A stretch of DNA of 64,000 nucleotides from Octopus sinensis (GCF_006345805.1 NC_042997.1:99386001-99450000), one strand, 5' to 3'; positions 25,996 through 39,720 are shown, counted from the stretch's first letter. Numbers and translations: made by a program. The notes: a model not told the origin generated them from the sequence alone.

Positions 25996-26233
25996 TTTCT
26001 CTCTCTTAAACTATACAGTAGCATCAGTTTTCGAAATAATTCAGACTATCAATAAAAATAGTTGATACCATTGTCACGGGTTGGATATAATATATGCATA
26101 TATATCTGCATGTATGTGTCGTGCATCTGCGTGTATGTATTTATACACACACACACACATGTAAATATACATGCACATGCACACACACGTGTGTGTATAT
26201 ACATACATATACACATGTGTGTGTATACATATA

Positions 26234-26262
26234 CAGGTCGTCGTCGACTTACGACCGATGGA
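26234..26262 (+). mobile_element. Possible pogo/Tigger-like left TIR; no partner found
   Basis: TA|CAGGTCGTCGTCGACTTACGACC. Confidence 0.35.
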
Positions 26263-26741
26263 CTTTACGGCAGCAATAATAAATAGCCCAGCTGAAATCT
26301 AATGGGTTTAATTTCTTAGAAAATAATTTCTTAGAAATTGAACCGTCTACAGATGACGTCAGCTAACAAACGCTTACTAGGTTTGGTTATGGATCGCCAT
26401 TGGTGTTATTCCAAGCGTTGGATGAATATCCGGTCGCGGAGATGTCGAGGCAACCTCGTAGTTGTTTATAAGACAACTGCTTGAGACTCTCGAAATTTTT
26501 AACGAACACCAGGCTCTATAGAGCACGACTCTTCCGATGATTCTGTGTGTCTTGTCAATTTATTTTGGTAGTTTTGACTTTAAGAGTCCCTCCTAGTGTG
26601 TGGCATTTATGTATAGTAATGCCCTCTATATGGGGCCGTAATGGTGATGGATGGAAATGCAACACAACGATGGATTAATTAGGTTAAGCTTTATTTGTGA
26701 AATACAATTTTTTGCAATTTGCTGCAGAAAGTGTTCTATGT

Positions 26742-26937
26742 TTATTATTTCTTTATTGCCCACAAGGGGTTAAACATAGAGGGGACAAACAAGCACAGAC
26801 AAACGGATTATATCGACCCCGAAAGGATGAAAGGCAAAGTCGACTTTGGCAGAATTTGAACTCAGAACGTAGCGACAGATGAAATACTGCTAAGCATTTC
26901 GCCCGACATGCTAACGATTCTGCCAGCTCGCCGCCTT
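26742..26937 (-). mobile_element. SINE family B with tail type 1
   Basis: Head GGCGGCGAGCTGGCAGAATCGTTAGC; tail TTGTCCCCTCTATGTTTAACCCCTTGTGGGCAATAAAGAAAT. Confidence 0.9.
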
Positions 26938-26959
26938 AAAAGTGGTCTATGTTTATGGT

Positions 26960-27036
26960 GGTAAGGGGGGGCGCTAGAAATGTGGTCTGAGTGCCAAAGT
27001 GGGGGATACAACAAAATACTGTTTGGGAACCACTGG
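26960..27036 (+). mobile_element. hAT-type right end fragment
   Basis: TTTGGGAACCACTG terminal motif (reverse of CAGTGGTTCCCAAA); left end not found. Confidence 0.4.
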
Positions 27037-27352
27037 TATAGACTACAAGAGGAAGTATAAAATACTACATTTTACCAGTTATAGAAATACTTGCAATTCA
27101 ATGTACCCCAAAATTGTCAATTGAAAGGCAATTGTTTCTGGTATAATGTTGTGTATAACCGTACAATAGCAACCCCCTGGGGCTCACCAGGACAGTATCT
27201 ACTATGGAGGTAAGATTGACTTTCATCGACGCTACTCTGCAACCTGAGCTCCTTCTAAAAGAGGGTCACGAAACAATATACCTTCCTTAACATCATAATA
27301 CACCTCGTCAAGACTGAGAGCATATCCTGCACATGGTCCTGGTCAATATATG

Positions 27353-27435
<83 letters not shown>

Positions 27436-27436
<1 letters not shown>

Positions 27437-27790
27437 TAGCAGTATCGTAGAATTGGAATTTTTTAAAACTAATTTTGCATTATGTAGCTTGTTATTCTCT
27501 CTAAGTGCACATTTTACTGGTTGAAATACACCGAGAAATGGTGACACAGAAGTCAAAATATCGTAAAAAATAGAGATTTTCATAGAAAAAAAGCACCTTT
27601 TTGATGTAAATAATTTTTGGTGTTAACATGGTCCGATTTGAATATGTTTTTCTACGAAAGGAAGAGCAAGCCTTCTTCTATCATACTCTCAATTTTTGTC
27701 AACTTGCGCCGCAGGGTCTCGGAGGAGATAGTGTTAGTTGAAGGCTACCAAATCTGCCATACACAGACAACTTCAGCTTTATATACATAT
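27436..27790 (-). mobile_element. Probable non-autonomous Helitron-like element
   Basis: Minus strand begins TATATAAAGCTGAAGTTGTCTGTG and ends CTAG|T at 27436-39. No intact 3' hairpin seen. Confidence 0.45.
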
Positions 27791-27844
27791 ATATATATAT
27801 GGCATATATATATATGCGTGTGTGCATGTGTGTGTGTATAGTGA

Positions 27845-27869
27845 TAGACAGATACATAGATAGATAGAC

Positions 27870-27964
<95 letters not shown>

Positions 27965-27965
27965 C
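27845..27965. repeat. (GATA)n
   Basis: Direct reading. Confidence 0.95.
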
Positions 27966-29004
27966 CTCTACAAATATATATTGTATATCTGTACAAATAC
28001 ACGTGTCTGCTTGTGTGTGTGTGTCAATGTGTCTATGTGTAACTCTCGCTCTTGAGGGTATCGAGGCTGTGCCCAATGATCTGTCCAGAAACACGGCTAT
28101 TTGCCATATATGTACACACTATATGTACATACACACACACACATACAACGAGAGAGAAAGAGAAAGAAAGAGAAGTCACTATTATAAAATATAATAATCG
28201 TACTACCTTTTATTTTTGAAGACATGTGGCCGCATCCCCGACGGTGTCGATGCATAATTTTTACAAATTTTCTAAACGTGTGTTACTTATGTTATTCATG
28301 TATTTCATCTAGTGAATATTGCATGTGTGTGCATATATGTACATACACACACATACTGTTATATTTATATGCATTTGTGTGTGTGCCTATGTGTGCGTGT
28401 ATGTTGTGTATGTGTGTGTGTAATAATGTATTTATATTAACATTTATATAAATTTATACAAACACACAATCATATTCACATAAATACAAAAATGATCGAA
28501 AATATCTGGGTTTGTTGCATTCAAATTACTAGGGACGTGCCTCTTCGCCAATTCACTAAATTTTTCAGGCAAATCTAATTATTTTCCCAGATAAACTCAA
28601 AACATTCGTAATTTCTATGATTACGTAAATTCTGGGTTCACATGCCATATACAAAGATATTCAAAATCAACCAGAAAACTTTGCGCGACACTAAGTATAT
28701 AAATACGCCATGACAGCTATATCGTCCACAAGGACATTAACATGTATAAATAAACACTCTACTATACGCATTAAATACTTTTTTCTCATAAAATTGACAC
28801 ATTCGATAATATACAGAGTTGCTTGTGCGTATGCGCCGGCTCACTGCTTCTCTCTCTTTCTTTCTCTCTCTCTCTCACTCACACACGCGCCCGCCCGCTT
28901 ATGTATGTATATATATATATTGCGTCTCACGTTTGATCTTTGACTTCTGGCCGAAATCAGATCGCCATGTTGATTCGCTAGCCTCTGCACGCATTTTTTT
29001 TTCT

Positions 29005-29420
29005 TTCTTTCTGTCTTTCTTCTCTGTGTATCTTTCTGTTGAAGAGCGTAGGCTCGAAACGTTAAAGACTTGTTTTATTTATATTTCCTGAGCGCCATAC
29101 TAATACAATTGTTTGTTTGTATTCCACCTGCCTTCGTCTTTTGTTTATTTCCGTAAACCTGCCTTCGTCTTTTGTCTATTTTCATAAAGCTTCCCGTTAT
29201 ATATATATATATATATATATATTTCAACCATATATATATATATATGTATATATATATGGTTGAAATTTACAGAAAAACAAAAGATGAAGACAGGTGTATG
29301 AACAACAAGCTAGGGAAATTGAGAAAGTCTTTTATGTTTCGAGCGTACGCTCTACAACAGAAAGGAATAAGAGAAAATGAACAGAGAAAGAGAGAGAATA
29401 TAAAAAAACGTGTGGATTTA
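29005..29420. mobile_element. Inverted pair of PLE-terminal-like repeats around (TA)n, each with a hammerhead-like motif
   Basis: The + copy TCTTTCTGTTGAAGAGCGTAGGCTCGAAACGTTAAAGA is at 29031-29068. The - copy is at 29328-29365. Confidence 0.65.
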
Positions 29421-29905
29421 GCGATCAAGCATGTGTGTGTGTATGTGTCTATGTAATAAGTTCTAGGACAAGAACAAGCATTGAGATGCTTGCACATGAG
29501 GAAGTACACATTTGCCAAGATTAAATGAATAATTATCCTTTAAACTATAGGTTTTGAATTAATGAACTAAAAATGACTATCCAATAAGAACTTGAAGCGA
29601 AGATTGTTCGCTCTAACTTAACGGACAGCTCTATACATTACAACGAAGAGTAGATAAAAGAAAATATTTTAAACTGCCAAATCGAAGGATATCAAGTGAA
29701 GACCCTGAAGAAACGGTACCGGTTTTACAATTGGGTTGCAATTGCAACGGTTACTAATCGGTGCAATTGAAACATGTTTTGGTCTATATAAGGCGGTATA
29801 TAAATTAAAGAATTAAAGGCGTTGCTATATTACTATGCAGCTTCGTAGTGATCCTAATTATTAATATTGTCAATATATATATTTAAGGAAAAAGATATAG
29901 ATATA

Positions 29906-29953
29906 GTCTTACAGCTGTTTCTGGGATATTATGGATGTCCCTTCATCAGAGAC
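29906..29953 (-). ncRNA. Minimal hammerhead-like motif at a PLE-type terminus
   Basis: Minus strand: GTCT CTGATGA A GGGACAT CCATA ATATCCC A GAAA CAGCTG TA AGAC. Confidence 0.6.
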
Positions 29954-30203
29954 GATGTGAGATGGTTAAATAGAGGTAAATATTTAAGTTAGAAATGAGG
30001 AATTATTATGAAAAAGGAGGAGATAGGAATTATAGAAGGAAATAAGAAAATGAAAGTAGAAATAAAATATAAAATATTTTAGTTACAGCTCCATTATTCG
30101 AGTAAAGTGGTGTATAGAAGTGGTAAAAAAAGTTTCCTGTACATGCTATTTAAGTTCCAATAGTAGCCATTTCAAAGTATACAGCCGTAGTAGCTCTATA
30201 CTT

Positions 30204-30360
30204 TGTGAGTAGATTTGGTAGACGGAAACTGAAAGAAACCTGTCGTGTCTGTGTCTACATATATATGTGTGACTACATATGCAACTGTGTGTGTATGTAT
30301 TTATCTAAGTGTGAGTTTGTGTGCGTGTGTTTGTGTTTGTGTACTTTCTCCACCACCGTA
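30204..30360 (+). mobile_element. SINE family A body fragment
   Basis: TTGTGAGTAGATTTGGTAGACGGAAACTGAAAGAAACCTGTCG. Confidence 0.7.
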
Positions 30361-33300
30361 GATATATATATATATACATGTGCGTACTTGTATAAACAGA
30401 TTTATTTCTATTGATATTTGTGTGTAGGTTCTAAAAATATTGTGTGTGTGTGTATGTATGTGTGTGTTGATGTATATATATTACTATGAATAAGAATGAA
30501 TCATGTTTAAATGAGGTTTTCTTGTGATCCCCTTTGTAAATATTCTCATATCTATCTATTTCAATATATATCTCCCTAACACACATACAAAAATTGTATG
30601 TGGGGGTGTGCGTATTCACATGGACATATATATATGCATATATTTATGTGTGTAAGAAAGCGAGAGGAGGGAGAGAAAAAGAAAGGTGTGGAGAGAGAGA
30701 GGGAGAAAGTGTTGGTATGTTCAGTCGATATTGCCATTCATACAGAATTGAATTGTAAAAAAAATCATACGTGTCAGATCCTGACATATTTTTTGAAAAG
30801 TTAATATGATTTTCTTTACACCTACGAAATTATATTTGCATTTATATAGCTGCCTACCTCATTTCAGACATGTATAATCTACACGCAGGCTTCCACATTA
30901 GTTTGCAAATGTATTATCTGCACAAAGACATCCATATTAGACTGTTCAAACGCATAACAGGTATGCTTATTATAGGAATCTATATTTCAATGCAAATACA
31001 CCACCTATTCATATATATATATATATGTATATAATTATGTATATTAGCATGTGAATAACATGAATGTACTTTGAGCAGTTCTATTGTATACAAAATAAAT
31101 ATCATAACTTATACGCTAACGCTTCCGGTGTGGAGGATATGTTATAATATTCATTTATAAATATCCATAATACTGAATAAACCACATTCGGCGTATTATT
31201 CATCAAATTATTGATTATTTCTGTGTAAAATTATTGGACATTATACTGCGAAATATATTCTTAACTTCAAAATGTCACAATCGGGTTTTATGCCGTTGCT
31301 GAGGGCAGATTTAATGTCAGAAAGCCAAGATAGTCGAAAGTAGAACTGAACAACTTCATTAACACTGGCTTGTATCCTTTATTCATCTGTGAGTGTTATG
31401 TTGTATACCAGTAATTTATACGGGCTGACAAAATAAGTGCCAGCAGTGCACTGAATTGATTGTCTTTATAACGGTATACAGGGATAGAATAAGGTCAAAT
31501 CATGTCCTAAGCTTAGTCCTACTCAATACTTTCGCCCACTCGATCCTTCCGTTATAAAACTGACAAGATATTAAAGACGTAGTATGTGCTGAATGAAAAA
31601 TAAGAGATTAAGAATTAAATTTTCTTCTAGGCTTTCTCTTCGACTTGACCCCACAACTGTATTAAATATATAACTGTGTTTTGTTTTGGGGTTTTTTTTT
31701 TTTGTAACACTAAATTAAAGATATAATATAAGCAATTTATTTACTTATAACTCAGCCAACCATAGAAAAAAAGCAAAATTTCAGCGTTTTTTAGCGGGAT
31801 TGGTTCAACTGCACTATCACCGGTAAAACTGGAACTTGAATAAATATGTTTGTTGTACTCTCACATGGCTATTTTGCTTAATGCTTAATCTGGGTCCGAC
31901 TATAGCATTGTTTATAAAATTTATATTTACTCATAGTCAAAGTAAATCAATAATATAACCGTATATACTGTATAATCCAGTTCCCTTCCTTCAAGACGGT
32001 ATTCAACTTAAATTGTTTAGTAAATAAAGTTGAAAAAATCGAATAAATTACTTTTACGTGAGAAAAACTTCTCTATCCACACAGAAATTTTATTTCATTA
32101 TATGAATAGTTTGTATTCACTGTTTGTCTAAACAGATCAACAGTCGTTTCCTTAGGTTCCATTGTTTCACTATGTAAGACACAGATCGGATTTAGTGTAT
32201 CGCTATTCATTTGTACGCTCATTCACACGCTCGCTGGTACATTTACGCGTATCTACGTTAATACCAAATCTCTAATAATTACTACAGAAATGTCAGAAGA
32301 AATTCAGCTCACGTTTCCTTTCCTCTTAACATAGATGATATAATAAACTTAGCCAGACGCCAGTGGAATACGAATGATTCCGCATTTAATTGGCAAACAG
32401 ACTTTTCATGCATTTGTACAACGAAACGAACAATTATATAAAGTTCCGCCCTATTTACAAACAAGAGTACGCAGGAATACACGCCACAGAATCTTGTATA
32501 TGTACAGAAATAAACTTGATCACACCCATATGCACACAGATACACACACATACATCTATGTGTGTATGCCTATATATATATATGCATTTTATGTATATAA
32601 ACATACACACATACACATACACACACACACACACAAGCACATACAAATGTGCAAAAATACATATCTCATAATATAAGTGTTGTAAAATATAAAGTAATAT
32701 ATTTAAACTTGGCGCAAGCATTATCGAATATAGAACTCAATACGATAAGCCTGTAAAATGTACAGTGCTGCGCATGATGTATTTTTTATTCGTATATATT
32801 TGCGTTATTGTTTCGGAGAAAAAGTGTATACATCTCTGAAGAACGATCAACGTGCCGTAAAGCGGTCAGTCAAGAGACTCTCTTCATTTTCTTGCATGTG
32901 CCAATAAGATAAAATGTATATAGATTCTTATTTAGCTTACAGTTATGTTTTAGAATTATGTTATCTTTCCCTTGTTTCAGTCATTGAACTTCACCCAACT
33001 GGGGATTCGCCTCGAAGGGGTTTAGTGAAATGAATAGATACCCGTACTTATTTTCATAAACCCGATGTTATTTTATCGGCCACTTCTCTCTAATTGCAGT
33101 AGGACTGAATCCGAAACCACATAATTGCAGTAGGACTGAATCCGGAACTACATAGAAGCGAAGCAACCATCTAATCACACAGCCACTTCATATGTGTGTG
33201 TGTGCGTGTGCTCGTGCGTACGTGCATGCGTGCGTGTATGCGTATCTGTATGTTCGATTATGTGTACGAGGTACGTGATTAAATCACAAAGATTCTCGGT

Positions 33301-33789
33301 GCTGCCAAGAAATTTTAGATTAAATAGAAAAAACAAAAGAAAGGACACCAAAATCAAAGCAAAACAAATCTTCTACATTTTATGTCACTTTTACAGTTGT
33401 CTTCGAGAGAATTAATAAATAATATTTATACACCTAAAAAAGAATTAAACATCGCAAATAAATTGGCAACTTTTAATATTTTTCTACTCTAAATATTTCT
33501 TTCAACATTTTTATTTTAAATATTGATATTTTATAAATCATTTTTTTTATATAAATTTTGTTTTTTCGACAGTATTACTATAATCATACTTGGGGATAAT
33601 ACAGTGTCTGACACTTTCATCATTTTATATATATGTATTTTTAATACTGGGAATAATTTGTGTCTGGTACTTCAGACTAATTTGCCATTTAATTCATCAA
33701 AGACTTTGACTTGTTATGATAGATCAAAACATACCACAAACAAATATGGCACTACGATGAGGATGAACGTTTCGGTTTCACTCTCACTT

Positions 33790-33940
33790 CCCAGCACCTT
33801 GGGCTAGTGTGTTCTACTATAGCCACAGGCCGACTAAAGCCTTGTGTGTGATTTTGGAAGACGGAAACTATGCGGAAACCTGTCGTGTATATGTAATAAA
33901 ATTGTCGGCAATTTTACAAGGGTATACTAGTGTGTGAGTG

Positions 33941-33997
<57 letters not shown>

Positions 33998-34025
33998 TTG
34001 TGTGTGTGTCTGTTTGTGTGTGTAT
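33790..34025 (+). mobile_element. SINE family A fragment followed by (GT)n
   Basis: GCACCTTGGGCTAGTGTGTTCTACTATAGCC...GACGGAAACT. Confidence 0.65.
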
Positions 34026-34290
34026 GAATTTCAACTTCAACGTTTTCAGCTCCAGGTTAGCCTTCCTCACTGATTAAAAGGATTCCTCCTAAGACCATCC
34101 CATCAATAATTTCGACATTTCGCATGGAATGTATTTCTTGCTATTCAAGAAAATAGCATAAAATTTGAGGGGGATTTGGCTACTGTATCTATCAAACCAA
34201 GCGACCAGATACACACTCTGTCGTAGGGTGATGTATTTAATACATACATACTCACAAACACGTACACGTACATATTTTATATATACTGTA

Positions 34291-34506
<216 letters not shown>

Positions 34507-36529
34507 TAATTTACGCACGTACGGCATCAGATAGTCACATGGGAGGTGTTTAATTAATTTAACCCCACGAAATACATAACTGAAACTCATTTGATCTAAC
34601 ACGGAGAATTTCCAGGCAAACTCAATTAACGCCAGCTTTGTCTGCCGAACGTAACGGAGAAGCAATAAAGAAAAAGCAATAAAAAAGGCGTTTAGTCTGA
34701 CACTAAATAAAACAAATGAAGTAAGCCATTACACACACGTACACACGTATGTAATATTCACTACTAATATTGACTTCTAATATACTGACAAGAATTTGGG
34801 GGAAGAGCATACAGCTAATTATTTTAACGATCTCAGGAGAATACAAGACATTATCGATCAATTAGCCTGGTCTTTGAACTCAGAATGTAAAGGACTAGAA
34901 CTAGTTATCGCAAGGTCTTTTTCCCTGTAGCTATGTCTATTACCTTTCTAATTCACAAACACAAGCATACAATTATGCTGTTGTGAAATGCTGTTAAGAG
35001 TAAGGCAGTACATAACTGTTCGGATGATTGAAGTAATATTTGCAAACCTAAGTTAGTGAGTCGCAACCCGAAGTTTCTTGTTTCCAGTCCTGATTATATA
35101 ATAATTAAGGATTACATTAGGCCATGTTTTACTTGTCCCTGTGGTGCAATCAGTTAGTGTGTTCGGATGGTAACAGAAGGACTGGTGGTTTAAACCCACA
35201 TGGGGACGAAGCCTACATATTTTAAACTTGAAAATAAAAATGTAGATACATTCCTATTACAACTTTTGCGGAGAAAAAATGAGAGTCTTCTAGCAAACTG
35301 TTTCACGGTTTGTACACCAATCCTCAAAGAAATGTTTCTCCAATAAATGGCACATATTATCAATCTATAAAGCAATCATCAATTAGGTTAGAACATCAGT
35401 AGAAAAGTTAATTTGTATTTCTGTCATTATTTAATTAATGATTAACTATGTATGTGCATTTATATGCATATTTATTCCTATAAACATAAGTATGTATATC
35501 AATAAAAATGTATATACATTTGTTCTTTCCTTTCTTCTAAAGAACTTCCACTTCGCTCAGTAATATCTTAAACAAAACCTTACTTTATAAAAACAAGACA
35601 ATCCTCTGAAATATAATATCTAGACTTCATATTTTCACTATTCTAAATTACATATAGTACTATTACAGTTGCTATAGTAAAAATAGTAAAGATTATTCTT
35701 TGTTTGTATTGCTTATACCACTTTTCTGTTAATGATGTATTTTCAAACAAGTTTCCCAACTTTTCATTCTTTTTTTCCTCGATGAAGGGTCTATTCAAAG
35801 CGTTTGTCTGTAGTCTGTGTCATCACATTTCAAAATACATCTATATTTGTTCTTTATCTATCGGCACAAGCATTCTTGGAAATGAGTCTTTTCTACTGTA
35901 AAACTGTGAAGGATACCTGACAGGTAGTGGTGTCAACCAAGTCAGCCATGGAAAACTTTCAATGTGCAACGAATCTTCTCTCTTTTAAGTCAAAAATTGA
36001 AAGCATTCATCAAACCTTACATCAGTCTTGCCTCTTTAAAAAGACCAATATTTTTCATTACTTTATAAGTACAAAATTAGAGTTGGAGAAGAATAGTGGG
36101 ATTATAATATACTACTCAGTAACCCTTTGTTCAGGGTAATACCTTATGTGTAATAAATCTAATCCCCTATGCCAATTTCCTTTACACAGCTGATACTGCC
36201 CAGTATCATTATATTACTGCTCATCTAATAAAGACACTACTGTCACATTATACAAGTCACCTGTCTTAAGATATACCAAAAATCTGAGCCATTTTTAGAT
36301 GGAGTTATATACAAAATCTATTTGTTTTATAACAAACTGAAGGACTTCAAAATACACTTTGACCAGCTCTCGTGGCTTCATATTTATATCTATTCCACAT
36401 CCATTCTTTTCATCATTTATTCTTTATTTTCACTAAACACAAAAATTTTCTTGTTTACCTTCTCATTATTCCGTTTTTAATATCTTATTCTAAGATTCTT
36501 AGACTTTATTGATTATTCATTTAGTTACT

Positions 36530-36950
36530 GCTGAACTGTGTGTGAATGTAATATATTGTGTGTCTGTATGTCATTGTATAAATATATGCGTGTATGCATA
36601 CATATGTATGTGTGTATGTATGCATATATATATATATATAAATGCATACACACATATATTTATACAAGTCGTTGTATAAATATATGTGTGTATGCATACA
36701 TATGTCTGTGTGCATGTATATATATATATATATATATATATACATGCATATACACATATATATATATATGCGCATGTGTATGTGTGTAGCATAAATATGT
36801 ATGTGATGCATACATACATAAATATACACATAATAAATGCATGTATAAACGTGTGTGTATATTTATTTGTGAATATATACATATATATCATGTATATACA
36901 CATATATATAAATACATATATACTTATACACGCACGTACACATGTATTCG
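36530..36950. repeat. Degenerate TA/TG/CA low-complexity tract
   Basis: Direct reading; source of several spurious ORFs. Confidence 0.85.
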
Positions 36951-37323
36951 TTTTTAACAGCAGAACTCGAAGTAGGTAAAGCTATAAATAATAGCATGTA
37001 AATATTGGGTTATAAAATTCCTTTTTGACAGAAAGATTCAAAGTCTATTATTTAATTTACACTTAGTTTGCACTGCAAGACATCATAGCTATCACATACC
37101 CAGAATTCTCAAAAGCCTTCCGAGTTAACCGTTCCATCCAGGGGGTACGTAGTAGCATGCATGTTACTAAAGAAATGCTAAGATCTTGTGATCAATATCC
37201 TAAAAGGCATTTTTTGAAGACAAAATACCTTCCAATATTTCTTCCGGTTCTCTCCGCTTTGAACTCAAATCCAGCCAAGGTTAAATTTATTGTTTATCTT
37301 TTAAGCTAGTCGAGTATATATAT

Positions 37324-37362
<39 letters not shown>

Positions 37363-37382
37363 TACACACACACACATATACA

Positions 37383-37458
<76 letters not shown>

Positions 37459-37459
37459 T

Positions 37460-37800
37460 TAAATAAAATGGGACAACAAAGCCAAGGAAGTGTGAAATTT
37501 CTGGGACATTTTATAAAGAAAAGGGTTGTCTTACAGCTCTTACAGGGATATAAAAGATATCCCATCATCAGAGACAATATGAGAGGGTTAAATAGCAGGA
37601 AATAGTGGAATACAACATAAGTTATTTTGGAAAGGGAAGTATAAATAGAAATATAAAAATAAAAATAAAGATATATGTTGAATGTTAAACTTATTGTTCC
37701 ATTATCCTTGGAATGTATTGTGTAGAATGGGTAAAAAGGCTTCTTGTCCATGGTATGTAAGTTCAGATTGGAGTTCATATTTTGTTATTAAAAATGGATA
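37460..37800 (-). mobile_element. PLE-type 3' end with a degenerate hammerhead motif (37528-37575)
   Basis: GTCT CTGATGA TGGGATAT CTTTT ATATCCCT GTAA GAGCTG TA AGAC; same family as 29906-29953. Confidence 0.55.
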
Positions 37801-37899
37801 GTGTGCAGGTATTAATTCTGTGTGGTGTTCATTCAAAGGGGACTTTTTTATACTACATTTATTTAACCTATTATTTTATTTAACGTATACACGCTCAAA

Positions 37900-38098
37900 C
37901 ACTAGCCGCGTTAGACTTCCCACTCATACTACCCACTACACATTCTTTATTTTCTCTCTTTGTTCCTTTCCGTGTTCCTTTCTGCGGAAGAGCGTAGGCT
38001 CGAAACGTTGAAGACTTTTTCACTTCCCGAGCGTTAAACTAATACATCTGTTGTCTACACCACCTGTCTTCGTCTTTTGTTTTTGTGAATTCTCTCCC

Positions 38099-38100
<2 letters not shown>
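37900..38100 (+). mobile_element. PLE-terminal-like repeat with a hammerhead-like motif (37977-38014)
   Basis: CTGCGGAAGAGCGTAGGCTCGAAACGTTGAAGA...CACCTGTCTTCGTCTTTTG, same family as 29005-29420. Confidence 0.65.
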
Positions 38101-38188
<88 letters not shown>

Positions 38189-38202
38189 TGTGTGTGTATA
38201 TA

Positions 38203-38470
38203 GTGAAGGCGCGTCACATAGTGGTTAGTATATTCGGCTCACGATTGTAAGGTCGTTAGTTCGATTCTTTGCGGCGTGTTGTGTCCTTGATCAAGACACT
38301 TTATTTCATATTGCTCCAGTCCACTCAACAGGCAAAAATGTTATTATATCCATAATTAAAAGAGCCAGCCTTGTCACGTTCTGTATCACGATGAATCTCC
38401 CCGGGAGATTCTGTGGTGCGCTCGACCACTTGCACCTAAATGTTATGAGCCGCCTGTTCCGTTAGATATA
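38203..38470 (+). mobile_element. tRNA-derived SINE family D with a CORE/Meta-like body
   Basis: AGGCGCGTCACATAGTGGTTAG...GTTCGATTC...GTGTCCTTGATCAAGACACTTTATTTCATATTGCTCCAGTCCACTC. Confidence 0.7.
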
Positions 38471-38728
38471 TTAAGTTTTTTTTTACTTTCTAAATTGTCA
38501 GAAGCTGTCTATATTCTCCCTTTTTATATTGTCATATATATATAAAGGTGGTGCTGCAGCATGGCTGCAGTCAAGTGACTGAAACAAGTAAAAGTGTAAA
38601 ATAATATAAATATATATGTAATTTAAAGATAGGATAAAATTTTTATAAGTATTTATCAAGTAGTAAGCGTGAAAAACTTCATAAGGGAAACATTTTTAAT
38701 CATTCCCTTTAAATATATTTATTTTTAT

Positions 38729-38834
38729 TAAGGGAATTACTCTACATAAATGCCTCACTCTATGAGGGACTGTTAAAGTCAAAACTTTAAGAGTCCCTCA
38801 TAGCGTGAGGCATTTAAGTATAATAGTGCCCTTA
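38729..38834. mobile_element. Fold-back palindrome or MITE-like element
   Basis: Core arms 38748-38779 and 38784-38815 match 30/32 around a CAAA loop. A related terminus lies at 26572-26626. Confidence 0.65.
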
Positions 38835-38840
38835 TTATAT

Positions 38841-38923
<83 letters not shown>

Positions 38924-38947
38924 TTATTTATTTATTTATTTATTCAT

Positions 38948-38982
<35 letters not shown>

Positions 38983-38984
38983 TG

Positions 38985-39330
38985 AAAGATATCAGAATCC
39001 CGAAGGAAATTCTCTTTGGCCAATTCCTAACAGGAAGATGATTTAGAAGGCCACTCTTGCGCTTCGAAGACTAACTAAAAAAAACAATCTGAAGCGATGC
39101 AACATTCCCTTTTCTTCCTGAGGAAAAGAAAGCACCAGAACGCAAGACCTGGCGGCAGTCCTGCTTCTCTTCAGTTAAAAGGTTAGAGTAAATCGACTCC
39201 AACATTTCGACCAACTTCATGCAAGAATGAAGGCACGCTGCCAAAAAGCTCCTCCTCTAAATGATTTTGTGGTACGAAGCAAAGCAGATCTTGTCGTCCA
39301 CCCAAGAAAACATATAGTAAAGGATCCACA
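38985..39330 (+). mobile_element. RTE-type LINE 3' remnant
   Basis: RIPKEILFGQF..RRPLLRFED.LK and a degenerate C-terminal RSKADLVVHPRKH. Confidence 0.6.
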
Positions 39331-39499
39331 AGTATCCAAGCAAACTGAGTCCTCAACTTGTTCCATTTTCCAAAAGATTTTCAAGGCACTAGTAAGCCTC
39401 ATGTGATACATTAGTGTCCATAGAACATGATTACCGCTTTATTTTACTGAACCGTTATTTGTCGTTCACGACGAGAGAATCCATTATATATGTGTGTAT

Positions 39500-39720
39500 A
39501 TATATAGTTTCAATTTACAGAAAAGAGAAGACGAAGACAGGTGAAGGAACAACAAGTTGGTGTATTAGTTTAACGTTCGGGAAGAATGACGTTTCGAGTC
39601 TACGCTCTTCGGCAGAAAAGTTTCAGAGAGACAAAAATGGAGAGAGAAAGAAAAAAAACGGTGAGAGAAAAAAATGTGTAGGAATTAATATATATACATA
39701 TACAAAGAGAAAGAAAGACC
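39500..39720 (-). mobile_element. PLE-terminal-like repeat with a hammerhead-like motif (39583-39620)
   Basis: Minus strand CTGCCGAAGAGCGTAGACTCGAAACGTC; inverted relative to 37900-38100. Confidence 0.6.

Noticed and set aside
25650-26024. Poly-N/I/Y/L ORFs, and similar poly-K/R/V/YI ORFs across the window
   Set aside because: Translations of microsatellites.
26521-26540. GAGCACGACTCTTCCGATGA resembling an Illumina adapter
   Set aside because: Needs a 2-nt gap and mismatches; likely chance.
28690-29000. CpG-richer, promoter-like stretch
   Set aside because: No linked gene or diagnostic motif arrangement.
32824-32880. Further hammerhead-like remnants (also ~42120-42160 minus and ~48020)
   Set aside because: Core GAAA or U16.1 is missing or stems do not pair; too degenerate to call.
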